Source: Sandaracinaceae bacterium (GTDB lineage Bacteria > Myxococcota_A > Polyangia > Polyangiales > Sandaracinaceae). From it: a DNA stretch of 38,578 bases. The notes under the pieces were generated by a model. That model did not search any database and was not told the origin of the DNA. It saw only the letters and a program-made list of their open reading frames with translations. Made by a program: the position numbers and the translations under genes. Below are positions 18,659 to 27,841 of this stretch, one piece after another. Location of the stretch: contig JBGAQA010000044.1 in NCBI GenBank assembly GCA_044220955.1, positions 1 through 38,578 of the forward strand. Direction: 5' to 3'. How positions within the stretch are numbered: the stretch's first letter is position 1; each line of letters starts with the position of its first letter.

Positions 18659-19763
18659 TCCACGCGAGGGCGAGCGCCAGCCAGCCGCCGACGGACGAGC
18701 CGCGCACCCCCGCACGACAGCCGCAGCCGCCGCCGGTGACGTCGAGCGCGTTCGTGCGCGGGCCCGCGTCGCGGCCGCCGTCGATGGGCGTGCCCGCGTC
18801 GAATCGGGTCCCAGCGTCGGGCCGGCGCCCGGCGTCCGTGCCCGGCAGGGGAGTGCAGGGCTCTACGCTCGCGTCGCCCGCGTCGAGCCCCGCGAAGGGA
18901 TCGCCGAGCCCGCCGTCGGGGTAGCGCTCCGCGCACGGGCTCGCCGCGCGGCACATGCCGTCGCAGAAGTCGTGCTCGATCGCGTTCCCGTCGTCGCACT
19001 CCTCGCCCGTCTCCGCGATGCCGTTGCCGCACACGGGCATGACGAGGCCGTGCAGCCGCCACACGCCGGGCATCGAGACGTTGCTCGTCGTGCACAGCTC
19101 GAGCACCGCCATCGTGCGCGAGCCGGGCAGCGTCAGGTGGTTCATCCCGTCGGCCGCGTCGAACCCCGCCTGCGCCGGCGTCCCACCGAAGCCCATGCGC
19201 CCGCCGCTCGCATCGCCCGTCGTCCACTCGCAGCGCGCGTAGCGCAGCTCGACCTCGAAGGTGACGCCATCGGCCGCCGGCGTCAGCACGATCTGGAACG
19301 AGTTCAGCAGATCGTCGTGGCTGGAGAAGTAGCCGACCTGCGTCCAGGTCGCGACGAAGCGTCCGTTCGTCGTGTCGAGCGCCCAGTACACGAGGTTCTG
19401 GGCCGGATCCGGCAGCGGCAGGCGCGTGTCGACGTCGCCCCACCACGCCGCGATCATCGGGCGGCTCGTCGTCGCGAGCGGGAACCGGTTCGGCGTGAAG
19501 GTGGCGAGCGAGCCGCCGAAGCTGACGTTGCCGTTCGTGTTCACGAAGAGGCTCGTGTAGTGGTGGCCGTAGAAGTCGAAGCCGGTCGGGAAGAGCGGCG
19601 TCAGATCCACCTCGGAGCTGATCGAGTCGTCGCCGCGCGCGAGCGAGTCGGTGCCGAAGTCGAGCGGCCCGCCCAGCCCCGCGATCAGGCTCGCCTGCGC
19701 CGCGGCGCTCGCCGGCACGAGCGCGAGCGCGAAGCCGACGACCCAGAAGGCTCTCTCGCTCAT
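18603..19763 (-). CDS. Cell-surface protein: nidogen-like (NIDO) domain, myxobacterial Cys-rich repeat, MYXO-CTERM
   Basis: Signal peptide; FVNTNGNVSF, IAAWWGDVDTR, NSFQIVL, WTTGDASGG, AQAGFDA; CGNGIAETGEECDDGN; GGGCGC + hydrophobic + Arg-rich tail. Confidence 0.85.
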   Translation of the reverse strand: MSERAFWVVGFALALVPASAAAQASLIAGLGGPLDFGTDSLARGDDSISSEVDLTPLFPTGFDFYGHHYTSLFVNTNGNVSFGGSLATFTPNRFPLATTSRPMIAAWWGDVDTRLPLPDPAQNLVYWALDTTNGRFVATWTQVGYFSSHDDLLNSFQIVLTPAADGVTFEVELRYARCEWTTGDASGGRMGFGGTPAQAGFDAADGMNHLTLPGSRTMAVLELCTTSNVSMPGVWRLHGLVMPVCGNGIAETGEECDDGNAIEHDFCDGMCRAASPCAERYPDGGLGDPFAGLDAGDASVEPCTPLPGTDAGRRPDAGTRFDAGTPIDGGRDAGPRTNALDVTGGGCGCRAGVRGSSVGGWLALALAWITRIRARARARAGTSRRP

Positions 19764-21337
19764 GGCTGCACCTCGGGCGGCGCTTCGGCCGCGGCGGGCC
19801 GCGGCGGCGGCGGCGCGTGGTGCACCGTCGCGCCGAGGTTCGTGATCTCGACCGCGTCGCCGGGACCCGCCGGCAGCGTGGCCGGCTCGAAGCGGGTCGC
19901 CTCCACGCCGAGCGCGACGAGGGCCGCCACGATCGCGTTCGCCCGCGCGAGGGCGAGCGCCATCCCGTCGTCGCGCCGCGAGGCGGGCACCGCGCGCACG
20001 GCGATGCGCCAGCGCGCGAGCGTGTCATCCACCGCCAGAGTGCGCGCGATCTCGTCGAGCGCGCCGCCCGCGCTCACGGGCAGCGTCGCGTCACCCTCCT
20101 GGAACTCGATCGGCCACGTCAGCGTGATGCGCTCGGCGCTCGCGGTGATGAGCTGCGGGCAGCCGTGCTGGAAGTCCTGTCCCGGCGCGCGCGGGCACTG
20201 GTCGTCCTCGTCGCGCACCCCGTCGCCGTCGTCGTCCGGATCCGGGCAGCCGTCGGTGTCGGAGTAGCCGTCGCGGTCCTCGGCCTCGCGGGGGCACGCG
20301 TCGTCCTCGTCCATCCAGCCGTCGGCGTCGTCGTCGGGATCGACGCAGCCGTCGCCGTCCTGCCAGCCGTCGCGATCCTCGGCGAGCGTCGGGCACGCAT
20401 CGTCGGGGTCGAGCATCCCGTCGCCGTCCGTGTCGGCGATCGGCGGGGGCGGCTGCGTCCAGCGCACGCCGGCCAGCGCGCGTACGTCGGGGACGCCGGG
20501 CGCTTGCGAGAAGCCGAGCGCGAGGGCGAGGTCGAGGGCGAAGCCGCTGCCCACGCGGAAGCGTCCGCCGAGCAGCGCCTCGAAGGGCGCGGGGTGCGTC
20601 TGTCCCTCGGGAAGGCTCACGGCACCGATGCCCTCGAAGAGCACGTCGACGACGTCGGGAACCGCGGGCACGAGGATCGAGACCGCGTACTCGAGCTCGC
20701 TGCCGGCGTGCGCCACGGAGATCACGCGCTCGGGGCGGTAGAGGCCGCCGGCCATCACCGCGAGGGTCACCTGAGAGAGCGCGAGCGTCGCGAGCAGCTG
20801 GCCGCGCGCGGAGAACTCCGTGTCGCTCGCGTACGACGTGCTCGTGCCCCAGGGGATCAGCGCCTCCACGCCGAGGCCGAGCGAGAAGCCGCGGCGCCCC
20901 TCCGAGAACAAGGACACCGAGCCGCCGAGCGCGCCGTCGCCGAGCGCGACCACCTCGGGCGCCGTGAACGCGACGCCCCCGACCGTGGGCGCGTCGCTCG
21001 CCGAGAACGCGACGGGGACGCGCACGTGGAATTCCAGCATGTCGAGCACACCGAGCGCGCCCGTGACGTGTGCGAGGAAGCGGTTCGAGACGACCTCGCC
21101 GCGCTCGCCCTCGGTCGTGCGTGCCACGAGCGGCGCGTGCGCGTAGTCGAGCACGAGGCCGACGCTCGGGACGAGGTGTCCGAGCGTACGCGCGTACCAG
21201 ACGCCCATGCCGTCCTCGCTCGTCGGCGGCGGGCGCAGGCGATCGATCCGGAAACCGTCGCGCGCCTGCGCGCTCGCGGCCGTGCACGGGAGGGTCAGCG
21301 CGAGGGAGAGCGCCGCCGCGAGGGCGGGACGAGACAT
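19760..21337 (-). CDS. OmpA-family outer membrane protein with TSP3 repeats (TraB-like architecture), degenerate OmpA C-domain
   Basis: Signal peptide; beta-barrel region (LDYAHAPL...PGVPDVRALAGVRW); DTDGDG/EDRDGWQDGDGC repeats; IEF...LDEIA...LARANAIVAALV. Confidence 0.85.
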   Translation of the reverse strand: MSRPALAAALSLALTLPCTAASAQARDGFRIDRLRPPPTSEDGMGVWYARTLGHLVPSVGLVLDYAHAPLVARTTEGERGEVVSNRFLAHVTGALGVLDMLEFHVRVPVAFSASDAPTVGGVAFTAPEVVALGDGALGGSVSLFSEGRRGFSLGLGVEALIPWGTSTSYASDTEFSARGQLLATLALSQVTLAVMAGGLYRPERVISVAHAGSELEYAVSILVPAVPDVVDVLFEGIGAVSLPEGQTHPAPFEALLGGRFRVGSGFALDLALALGFSQAPGVPDVRALAGVRWTQPPPPIADTDGDGMLDPDDACPTLAEDRDGWQDGDGCVDPDDDADGWMDEDDACPREAEDRDGYSDTDGCPDPDDDGDGVRDEDDQCPRAPGQDFQHGCPQLITASAERITLTWPIEFQEGDATLPVSAGGALDEIARTLAVDDTLARWRIAVRAVPASRRDDGMALALARANAIVAALVALGVEATRFEPATLPAGPGDAVEITNLGATVHHAPPPPRPAAAEAPPEVQP

Positions 21338-21433
21338 GGGCGTCGATGGTACAACGACTGCTCGCCGAGTAGGCCGGTCGCGCGTTCGTCAGGGGCGGTT
21401 CTCGGGACGCGCGAACACAAGGAGGATGAGGGA

Positions 21434-22516
21434 ATGGGACTCTTCGATGCTTTCGGAGCCGGTGGTGGTTCGCTGACGCTACAGCTGCAGTCCATGCAGG
21501 TGGCGCCCGGGCAGATGGTCGGCGGCGTCGTGACCTTCGTGGGCGGCAAGCGCGCCCAGAACATCACGAGCGTCAAGGTCAAGATGACCGTCACGCAGAC
21601 GCAGCCGCACATGCCGGGCAAGCCCTCGGCGGGCTCGACGGTCACGAACGTCGTGCCCGAGCAGACGCTCAGCGGCCCCTTCTCGGTGCAGCCGGGGCAG
21701 CAGTGCCCGTTCCAGTTCCAGTTCCAGCTGCCGCCGCAGATGCTCGCGGAGGTGAAGGGGCAGGTCGACTACCGCGTGAGCGCCGCGGCCGACATCCCGG
21801 GCGAGGTCGACGCGCACGCGAGCGCGGACATCCAGGTGATCGGCGGCGCGCCTCCGATGGGCATGGGTATGCAGCAGCCCATGATGGGCATGCAGCAGCC
21901 GATGATGGGGCAGCCGATGATGGGGCAGCCGATGATGGGGCAGCCGATGATGCAGCAGCCGATGATGCAGCAGCCGATGCCGATGGGCCCGCCGCAGATG
22001 GGTCAGGCCGTGATCGGCCAGCACCCGAGCGGGGGCATGTACCCGGGCAAGGTCGTCGCCCTGCAGAACGGCATGATCGGTGTCGACTGGGACGATCCGA
22101 ACCTCGGCGCGTCCGCGTGGCTGCAGCCGCAGCAGGTCCAGGCGGCGCCGATGATGCAGCAGCCGATGATGGGGCAGCCGATGATGGGGCAGCCGATGAT
22201 GGGGCAGCCGATGATGGGGCAGCCCATGGGCATGCAGCAGCCGATGATGGGCAAGGACATGGCCCACCAGAAGGACATGGCCATGCACAAGGACAACCAC
22301 ATGCACAAGCCCGGCATGGACATGGGCAAGGGCGGCGGCGGCGGCGGCGCGTTCGCGATGGGTCAGAGCGTCATGGCGCAGCACCCGCAGCACGGTGGCT
22401 GGTACCCGGGCAAGGTCGTCGGCATGCAGAACGGCATGATCGCGGTCGACTGGTCCGACCCGAAGCTCGGCGCCTCCGCGTGGGTGCAGCCCCACCAGGT
22501 TCAGCACGGCAAGTAG
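21434..22516 (+). CDS. Spo0M/arrestin-like N-domain, QPMMG tracts and two Tudor-like repeats
   Basis: MGLFDAFGAGGGSL...PGQMVGGVVTFVGGKRAQNI...AAADIPGEVDA; strong RBS; duplicated YPGKVV.QNGMI.VDW.DP.LGASAW.QP.QVQ domain. Confidence 0.8.
   Translation: MGLFDAFGAGGGSLTLQLQSMQVAPGQMVGGVVTFVGGKRAQNITSVKVKMTVTQTQPHMPGKPSAGSTVTNVVPEQTLSGPFSVQPGQQCPFQFQFQLPPQMLAEVKGQVDYRVSAAADIPGEVDAHASADIQVIGGAPPMGMGMQQPMMGMQQPMMGQPMMGQPMMGQPMMQQPMMQQPMPMGPPQMGQAVIGQHPSGGMYPGKVVALQNGMIGVDWDDPNLGASAWLQPQQVQAAPMMQQPMMGQPMMGQPMMGQPMMGQPMGMQQPMMGKDMAHQKDMAMHKDNHMHKPGMDMGKGGGGGGAFAMGQSVMAQHPQHGGWYPGKVVGMQNGMIAVDWSDPKLGASAWVQPHQVQHGK
21872..22252 (+). repeat. Two blocks of 15-nt CAGCCGATGATG(GGG/CAG) repeats
   Basis: Read directly at about 21872-21985 and 22148-22252. 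Confidence 0.85.
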
Positions 22517-22547
22517 TCCTCGCGCGCCGGCCCTCGTATCGCTTCGC

Positions 22548-22581
22548 GAAGAACCGTCCCGAGATCTCGGGACGGTTCTTC
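22548..22581. terminator. Perfect 34-bp palindrome, probable bidirectional terminator
   Basis: GAAGAACCGTCCCGAGA|TCTCGGGACGGTTCTTC between convergent genes. Confidence 0.75.
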
Positions 22582-23026
22582 ACTCGAGGGGGGCCGCGAG
22601 CTCGAACGCGTCGCGGTAGCGGGGGCCCACGCGGATCGCGGCGAAGTCGCTGTCCGTCGTCAGGACCCGGAGCACCTGCAGGCGCTCGCCGATCGCCGCG
22701 ACCGCCGAGTCCACGAAGCCGAGGCCGACGTCGGCGAACTTGCGGTCGATCTCTGCCGCCCGGACGACGTCGGCGATCGTGCACTCGACGTACTCGTAGC
22801 GACCCTCGGCGATCTCGCGCAGCAGGCGCTGCATGTCGCGCCGCCGCTTGCGCAGGTGCCAGTCGACCTCCGGCAGCACCGGCGCCGGGACGATCGCGTG
22901 CGCCGCACTCGTGAGCACCGACGCGAACGGCTCGTCTCCCGCGAGCGCGCGCAGCCATCCGCCGGTGTCGAGCAGAACGGGCCGCGGTGGCGGCTGCGCG
23001 AGCGAGAGGCCTCCGCGCCGCGTCAT
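22580..23026 (-). CDS. vapC: PIN domain toxin
   Basis: VLLDTGG, VLPEVD, LGFVDSAVAAIGERL, VLTTDSDF acidic residues. Confidence 0.88.
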   Translation of the reverse strand: MTRRGGLSLAQPPPRPVLLDTGGWLRALAGDEPFASVLTSAAHAIVPAPVLPEVDWHLRKRRRDMQRLLREIAEGRYEYVECTIADVVRAAEIDRKFADVGLGFVDSAVAAIGERLQVLRVLTTDSDFAAIRVGPRYRDAFELAAPLE

Positions 23027-23253
23027 CGCTCGCGGTCGGGGTCGCCGAACTCGTCGTCCGTGATCGCCGCACGCTCGCCGCGCGACAGGCGCAGCCAGCC
23101 GACCGTCGGGGGCCTTCGCGGGCCGGAGCCTCGCGTGGCGAGCCGGATGCCGCGGCGGATCAGCTCCGACTGGGACACACCCTCGCGCAGCCCCGTCTCG
23201 CGCAGCGCGCGCAGCTCCTCCGCGGAGAGCACGACGGTCGTCCTCGACGCCAT
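23023..23253 (-). CDS. vapB: CopG/RHH antitoxin
   Basis: RTTVVLSAEELRALRETGLREGVSQSELIRRGI ribbon-helix-helix; ATGA overlap with the toxin; alternative start at 23262. Confidence 0.8.
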   Translation of the reverse strand: MASRTTVVLSAEELRALRETGLREGVSQSELIRRGIRLATRGSGPRRPPTVGWLRLSRGERAAITDDEFGDPDRER

Positions 23254-23294
23254 ATCCACCATATACCCCGAGGATGCGCCCCGGCCAAGCGGGA

Positions 23295-24620
23295 TCACAC
23301 CTTTCTGAACAGCACCTTGCTTCGGCGCCGGTGATCGTAGCGCGCGCGCCTCGCCACGGGCAGCGCGCGCACGGTCGCCGGGACGAAGCCGCGCTCGCGG
23401 AAGAAGTGCGCCGTCTGCGTGGTGAGCACGAACACGCGCTCGAGGCCCATCGCGCGCGCGCGGTCGACCACGTACTCGACCAGCTGCTCGCCGCGGCCCG
23501 ACTCGCGGTAGCGCGGATTGACGGCGAGGCAGTAGAGCTCGCCGGTCTTCTCCTCCGCGAATGGCTCGAGCGCCGCCGTCCCGATCACGAGGCCGTCGCG
23601 CTCGACCACCACGAAGCGATCGATCTCGTGCTCGAGCGTCTCGCGGCTGCGGCGCACGAGGAAGCCGGCGTCCTCGAGCGGCGAGAGCAAGGAGAGGATG
23701 CCGGGGATGTCCTCGGTGTGCGCGGGGCGGATGCCCTCGTACTGCTCCTGCGTGACGAGCGTCCCGCGTCCCTCGCGCGTGAACAGCTCCTGCAGCACCG
23801 CGCCGTCGACGCGTCGCTCGACCAGGTGCGTCCGCCGGACACCATCACGGCACGCGCGCGCCGCCGACGCGAGGTGCTTGCGCGTGTCGGGGTGCAGGTG
23901 CTTGCCGCCCGTGGACAGCGTCTCGGCGTCCGCCGGCGTGAGCTGCGCGATCCCGCGGCCGCGCCGATCGACCACGCCCTTTCCCTCGACCAGGCAGACG
24001 AGCTTGTCGGCGCCGAGCGCCGCCGCCGTCGCCGCGGCGACCTCGTGCGACTGCAGGTTGAAGATCTCGCCCGTCGGCGAGTACCCCAGCGGCGAGACGA
24101 GCACGATCGCGCCCGAGTCGAGCCGCTGCCGGATCGCGTCCGCGTCGATGCGCCGGATGCCACCGGTGAACTGGAAGTCGACGCCGTCGCGCACGCCATG
24201 CGGCCGCGCGACCACGAAGTTGCCCGACGCGACACGCAGGCGCGCGTTCTCCATCGGCGAGCTCGGCAGCCCCATGGAGAACAGGCCCTCGATGCGACCA
24301 CGGATGTGGCCGACCGCGTCCTCGACGCAGCTCATGGTCGCGCGATCCGTGATGCGCACGTCGCCTGCGAAGCGCAGCGGCACCTTGCGCTCGCGCATGC
24401 GCCGCTCGATCTGGGGCTTGCTCCCGTGCACGAGCACGAGACGCACGCCGAGGCTGTGCACGAGCGCGAGATCCTGCACGAGGTGCGGGAAGTCGTGGTC
24501 GATCACCGCCTCGCCCCCGAACATGACGACGAAGGTCCGCCCGCGGTGTGCATGCACGTAGGGCGCTGCCAGGCGGAAGAGCTCGACGAAGGTGGGCGCG
24601 TGCGGTCCGGACTCGGTCAT
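23295..24620 (-). CDS. argA: Amino-acid N-acetyltransferase (N-acetylglutamate synthase)
   Basis: FRLAAPYVHAHRGRTFVV, VLVHGSKPQI, SPLGYSPTGEIFNL, LQELFTREGRG, C-terminal GNAT (FVLTTQTAHFFRERGF). Confidence 0.95.
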   Translation of the reverse strand: MTESGPHAPTFVELFRLAAPYVHAHRGRTFVVMFGGEAVIDHDFPHLVQDLALVHSLGVRLVLVHGSKPQIERRMRERKVPLRFAGDVRITDRATMSCVEDAVGHIRGRIEGLFSMGLPSSPMENARLRVASGNFVVARPHGVRDGVDFQFTGGIRRIDADAIRQRLDSGAIVLVSPLGYSPTGEIFNLQSHEVAAATAAALGADKLVCLVEGKGVVDRRGRGIAQLTPADAETLSTGGKHLHPDTRKHLASAARACRDGVRRTHLVERRVDGAVLQELFTREGRGTLVTQEQYEGIRPAHTEDIPGILSLLSPLEDAGFLVRRSRETLEHEIDRFVVVERDGLVIGTAALEPFAEEKTGELYCLAVNPRYRESGRGEQLVEYVVDRARAMGLERVFVLTTQTAHFFRERGFVPATVRALPVARRARYDHRRRSKVLFRKV

Positions 24621-24696
24621 CGACGCGAGAACGCTAGCAGAACCCTGGCGCGATCGAGCCGTTCAGATCGCGCCCGCGTCCGCGTACCCTCGCCCG

Positions 24697-25278
24697 GTGG
24701 CATCGCGCTCACGCTATCGGACCGATGGGGACCGGTCGGTCATCGACATCCACGTGCGGACCACGCACCACCTCTTCGATCTCCGCGATCCGGCGCCCTT
24801 TCCCGAGCGCGACCTCGACGACCGCGCGCTGGAGTACATCCTCGGCGCCGTCGATGAGCTGCCCCGCCACACGCCGCTCGAGCTCGCCGTCTGGGTCTCC
24901 GAGCCGGGCGAGCCGAACCTCTCCGAAAGCGAGCTCACGGAGGCGATGCGCGCGCACTTCGCGTGGGAGCGTGATCGGTTCGCGCACCGTCTCCGCGATC
25001 ACATGCGACGCGCGCAGGTCGTGATGCTCATCGGGCTCACGGTGCTGGGCACCTTCCTCTCGCTCGCGACGCTCGTCGACGCCTACGTCGCGCCGGGCCC
25101 GGTGCGCGAGGCGCTGCGCGAGGGATTCCTCATCATCGGATGGGTGGCCATCTGGCGGCCGATCGAGTCGTTGCTCTACGACTGGTGGCCGCTCTTCGTG
25201 CAGCGCCGGAGCCGCATGCGCCTGCTCGAGGCCCCCATCGTCCTGTGCACCGGCCGGCCGCCGGGCGCGGGTCCCTGA
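24697..25278 (+). CDS. Conserved hypothetical membrane protein
   Basis: LFDLRDPAPFPERDLD N-terminal motif, two TMs, IIGWVAIWRPIESLLYDWWP; GTG 6 nt after TACCCT. Confidence 0.75.
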   Translation: MASRSRYRTDGDRSVIDIHVRTTHHLFDLRDPAPFPERDLDDRALEYILGAVDELPRHTPLELAVWVSEPGEPNLSESELTEAMRAHFAWERDRFAHRLRDHMRRAQVVMLIGLTVLGTFLSLATLVDAYVAPGPVREALREGFLIIGWVAIWRPIESLLYDWWPLFVQRRSRMRLLEAPIVLCTGRPPGAGP

Positions 25279-25304
25279 CCCGACGGCAGGGCCCCCGGGG
25301 AAAC

Positions 25305-26444
25305 TCAGCCGCAGAGCCGGCGGATCGTCCTCTCGAGGAGCGTGACCATCGGCGCGATCCGGTCGAGCGGCAGGTGCTCGTTGGGCTGGTGCGCGACGGC
25401 GATGTCACCCGGGCCCATCACGATGGTCTCGAGCCCGAGCGCGCTGAGGAAGGGCCCCTCGGTGCCGAAGGAGACGGCCTCGGCCGGATGGCCGGTCAGC
25501 TCCTCGGCGGCCCTCACGATGGCGGCGGAGGCCGGCGTCTCGAAGGGCGGCACGCCCTCGTGCAGCTCGTCCATCGCGATCGTCAGCTCGCTCCCGGCGA
25601 GCGCGCGCTCGATCCGCTCGCGCAGCGCCGCGAGCACCTCGCGATCGTGCATCCCGGGCAGCACGCGCAGGTCGAACTGCAGCTCGCACTCCGCGCAGAT
25701 CCGGTTCGGGTTGTCGCCGCCGTGGACGTTGCCGAGGTTCATCGTCGGCACGGGCGGCCGCAGCCACTCGTTCCGGTGCCGCGCGCCGAGCTCCTCGCGC
25801 AGCGCGACGAGCTCGTTCATCACGCAACGCATCCCCTCGAGCGCGCTCCGCCCCAGCGAGGGATCGCTCGAGTGGCCGGAGCGCCCCGTGAGCCTCACGC
25901 GCGCCATCGTCACGCCCTTGTGCAGGCGCACCGGCCGCAGGTTCGTCGGCTCGCCGATGATCGCCGCGCGCGCCTTGGGTCGCTCGAGGGCGACGAGCGC
26001 GCGCGCGCCGGCCATGCCGCACTCCTCGTCGCACGTCGCGAGCACGATCAGCGGCTCGCGCAGGGACGCCGCGTCGAAGCGCCGCGCCGCCTCGATCGCG
26101 ATGGGGAAGAACCCCTTCATGTCGCTCGTGCCGAGCCCGAAGAGGCTCCCGCCGCGCTCGGTCGCGCGGAACGGATCGCTCGCCCACTTCCCCGCGTCGT
26201 AGGGGACGGTGTCCGTGTGGCCGGAGAGCACGAGCCCGCCGGGCCCGCGCCCCTTGGTCGCGACGAGGTTCGCCTTCTTCCCGTCGGGCGAGACAGGCAG
26301 GATCTCGATCGCGAAGCCCTCGTGCTCGAGCCAGCCCGCGAGCAGGTCCACGACGGCGCGGTTCGGCATGTCGAGCTCGGGCCGCACCGCCGACACCGAG
26401 GGCGTCGCGACCAGCTCGGCGATGCGTTGCGTGATCGCGTCCAT
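25305..26444 (-). CDS. argE: Acetylornithine deacetylase (M20 family)
   Basis: LSGHTDTVP, GLGTSDMKG, DEECG, IIGEPT, GHSSDP, FGTEGP, AHQPNE; near argA. Confidence 0.93.
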   Translation of the reverse strand: MDAITQRIAELVATPSVSAVRPELDMPNRAVVDLLAGWLEHEGFAIEILPVSPDGKKANLVATKGRGPGGLVLSGHTDTVPYDAGKWASDPFRATERGGSLFGLGTSDMKGFFPIAIEAARRFDAASLREPLIVLATCDEECGMAGARALVALERPKARAAIIGEPTNLRPVRLHKGVTMARVRLTGRSGHSSDPSLGRSALEGMRCVMNELVALREELGARHRNEWLRPPVPTMNLGNVHGGDNPNRICAECELQFDLRVLPGMHDREVLAALRERIERALAGSELTIAMDELHEGVPPFETPASAAIVRAAEELTGHPAEAVSFGTEGPFLSALGLETIVMGPGDIAVAHQPNEHLPLDRIAPMVTLLERTIRRLCG

Positions 26445-26476
26445 CGAGCGCGTGATCTAGCACGCGCACCGATCGA

Positions 26477-27505
26477 TCACGGCCGATCGATCGTCCCGTC
26501 GGGCCGCCGCGCGAAGCGGCCCTCGTCGCGCGCATGCACGGGGTCGTCGCTCCTCCAGGGCCATCCACCGAAGCGCGTGCGCTGGTAGTCGGCGAACGCC
26601 TGCTGGATCTCCGCGCGCGTGTTCATCACGAATGGGCCGTGCTGCGCGATCGTCTCGCCGATCGGGCGGCCCTGCAGCAGGAGGAGCTCCGCGTCACCCT
26701 CGGCCGCCTCGATCGCGACGGGCTCGCGCCCCGCCAGGACGGCGCCGCCGAACGCGTCGAGCCGCTCGCCCGCGATCGTCACCGCGGGACCCGCGAAGAA
26801 GTAGAGCGTGCGCAGCGTCTCTTCGCCCAGAGGCGCCGCCAGCGTGACCTTCCCGCCCCGCTTCATGCGGATCGACGCGATCGCGACGTCGGCCTCGGGC
26901 TGCGACGCCCACGAGTCGGGCGGCGGCGGCGGCGGCGTGGCGCCCTCGAGCGTGCCGGCGATCACGACGATCTCGACCTTGCCCTCGTCCTTCGTGACGC
27001 GCGGGATCGTCTCGCTCCAGAGCATCGAGAAGTGCGGCTTGGCGTGCTTGTTCTTCGCGGGGAGGTTCAGCCAGATCTGGAAGAGCTCAGCCGGGTTCGG
27101 CCCTTTCTCGTCGATCAAGGGGAACATCTCGGCGTGCTGGATCCCGCCGCCTGCCGTGAGCCACTGCACGTCGCCCTGCCCGTAGCGCGCCGTGGCGCCG
27201 AGCGAGTCGCTGTGATCGACGAACCCGCGACGCATCACCGTCACCGTCTCGAACCCGCGGTGCGGGTGCGCGGGAAAGCCGGGCACCGTCTGGCCGTGGT
27301 ACATGCGCCAGCCATCCTTGCCGGCGAAGTCCTGGCCCATCTGCCGGCCCGCGAGCGACGCGTCGGGTCCCATCTTGGCGTTGCCGCGCGGGTAGACGTC
27401 GAGGTGGTGCACGCAGAACAAGAACGGGTCGATCGTGGGCCAGGGCGCGACGCCTCCGTGCGGGTCGAGCGGGAGCAGCTTCAGGATCGGTCCGTGGTTC
27501 TTCAT
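26477..27505 (-). CDS. Pirin family protein
   Basis: DPFLFCVHH, HPHRGFETVT, WLTAGGGIQHAEM, FQIWLNLP, HGPFVMN. Confidence 0.93.
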   Translation of the reverse strand: MKNHGPILKLLPLDPHGGVAPWPTIDPFLFCVHHLDVYPRGNAKMGPDASLAGRQMGQDFAGKDGWRMYHGQTVPGFPAHPHRGFETVTVMRRGFVDHSDSLGATARYGQGDVQWLTAGGGIQHAEMFPLIDEKGPNPAELFQIWLNLPAKNKHAKPHFSMLWSETIPRVTKDEGKVEIVVIAGTLEGATPPPPPPDSWASQPEADVAIASIRMKRGGKVTLAAPLGEETLRTLYFFAGPAVTIAGERLDAFGGAVLAGREPVAIEAAEGDAELLLLQGRPIGETIAQHGPFVMNTRAEIQQAFADYQRTRFGGWPWRSDDPVHARDEGRFARRPDGTIDRP

Positions 27506-27713
27506 GTCGAGATCAATCTGCGTCGAGGCGGCGAGAAGTCACGCGGTGCGACGATGGGACGAGGGCGTTGCGATTCCGGAACGGGTCGAGAACGCGGCTC
27601 GGTCGAGACGAATTCGGAAGCGCTCGGCAGCGGCAGGCGCGGGGGCCGGCGGTCTCCGCTCCCTGCGTCCACGACGCTCCGGTCGCTGCGACCCCCGGCG
27701 CCGCTCCAAAGAG

Positions 27714-27799
27714 GTCGAGAGCGAGGTCGAGAGCGTTGGTCGGTCGATAGCGTTGTCGATAGCAAAAGCGGTTGACGTGCTGCGCGGCCGCGTGACAGT
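27714..27799 (+). promoter_or_regulatory. Four GTCGA(G/T)AGC direct repeats upstream of a putative promoter
   Basis: Copies at 27714, 27726, 27743 and 27755; TTGACG 27772-27777; GACAGT 27794-27799. Confidence 0.45.
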
Positions 27800-27841
27800 G
27801 TCGAACCGCGCGCTGCGTGGCGTGACGGGAACGGGGGCGCG

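Noticed and set aside
19760..21337. Bona fide traB/traA
   Set aside because: Gene order reversed, partner has a NIDO head and a single Cys repeat; reported only as an analogue.
21872..22252. CRISPR array
   Set aside because: Repeats are in-frame 15-mers without unique spacers; no cas genes.
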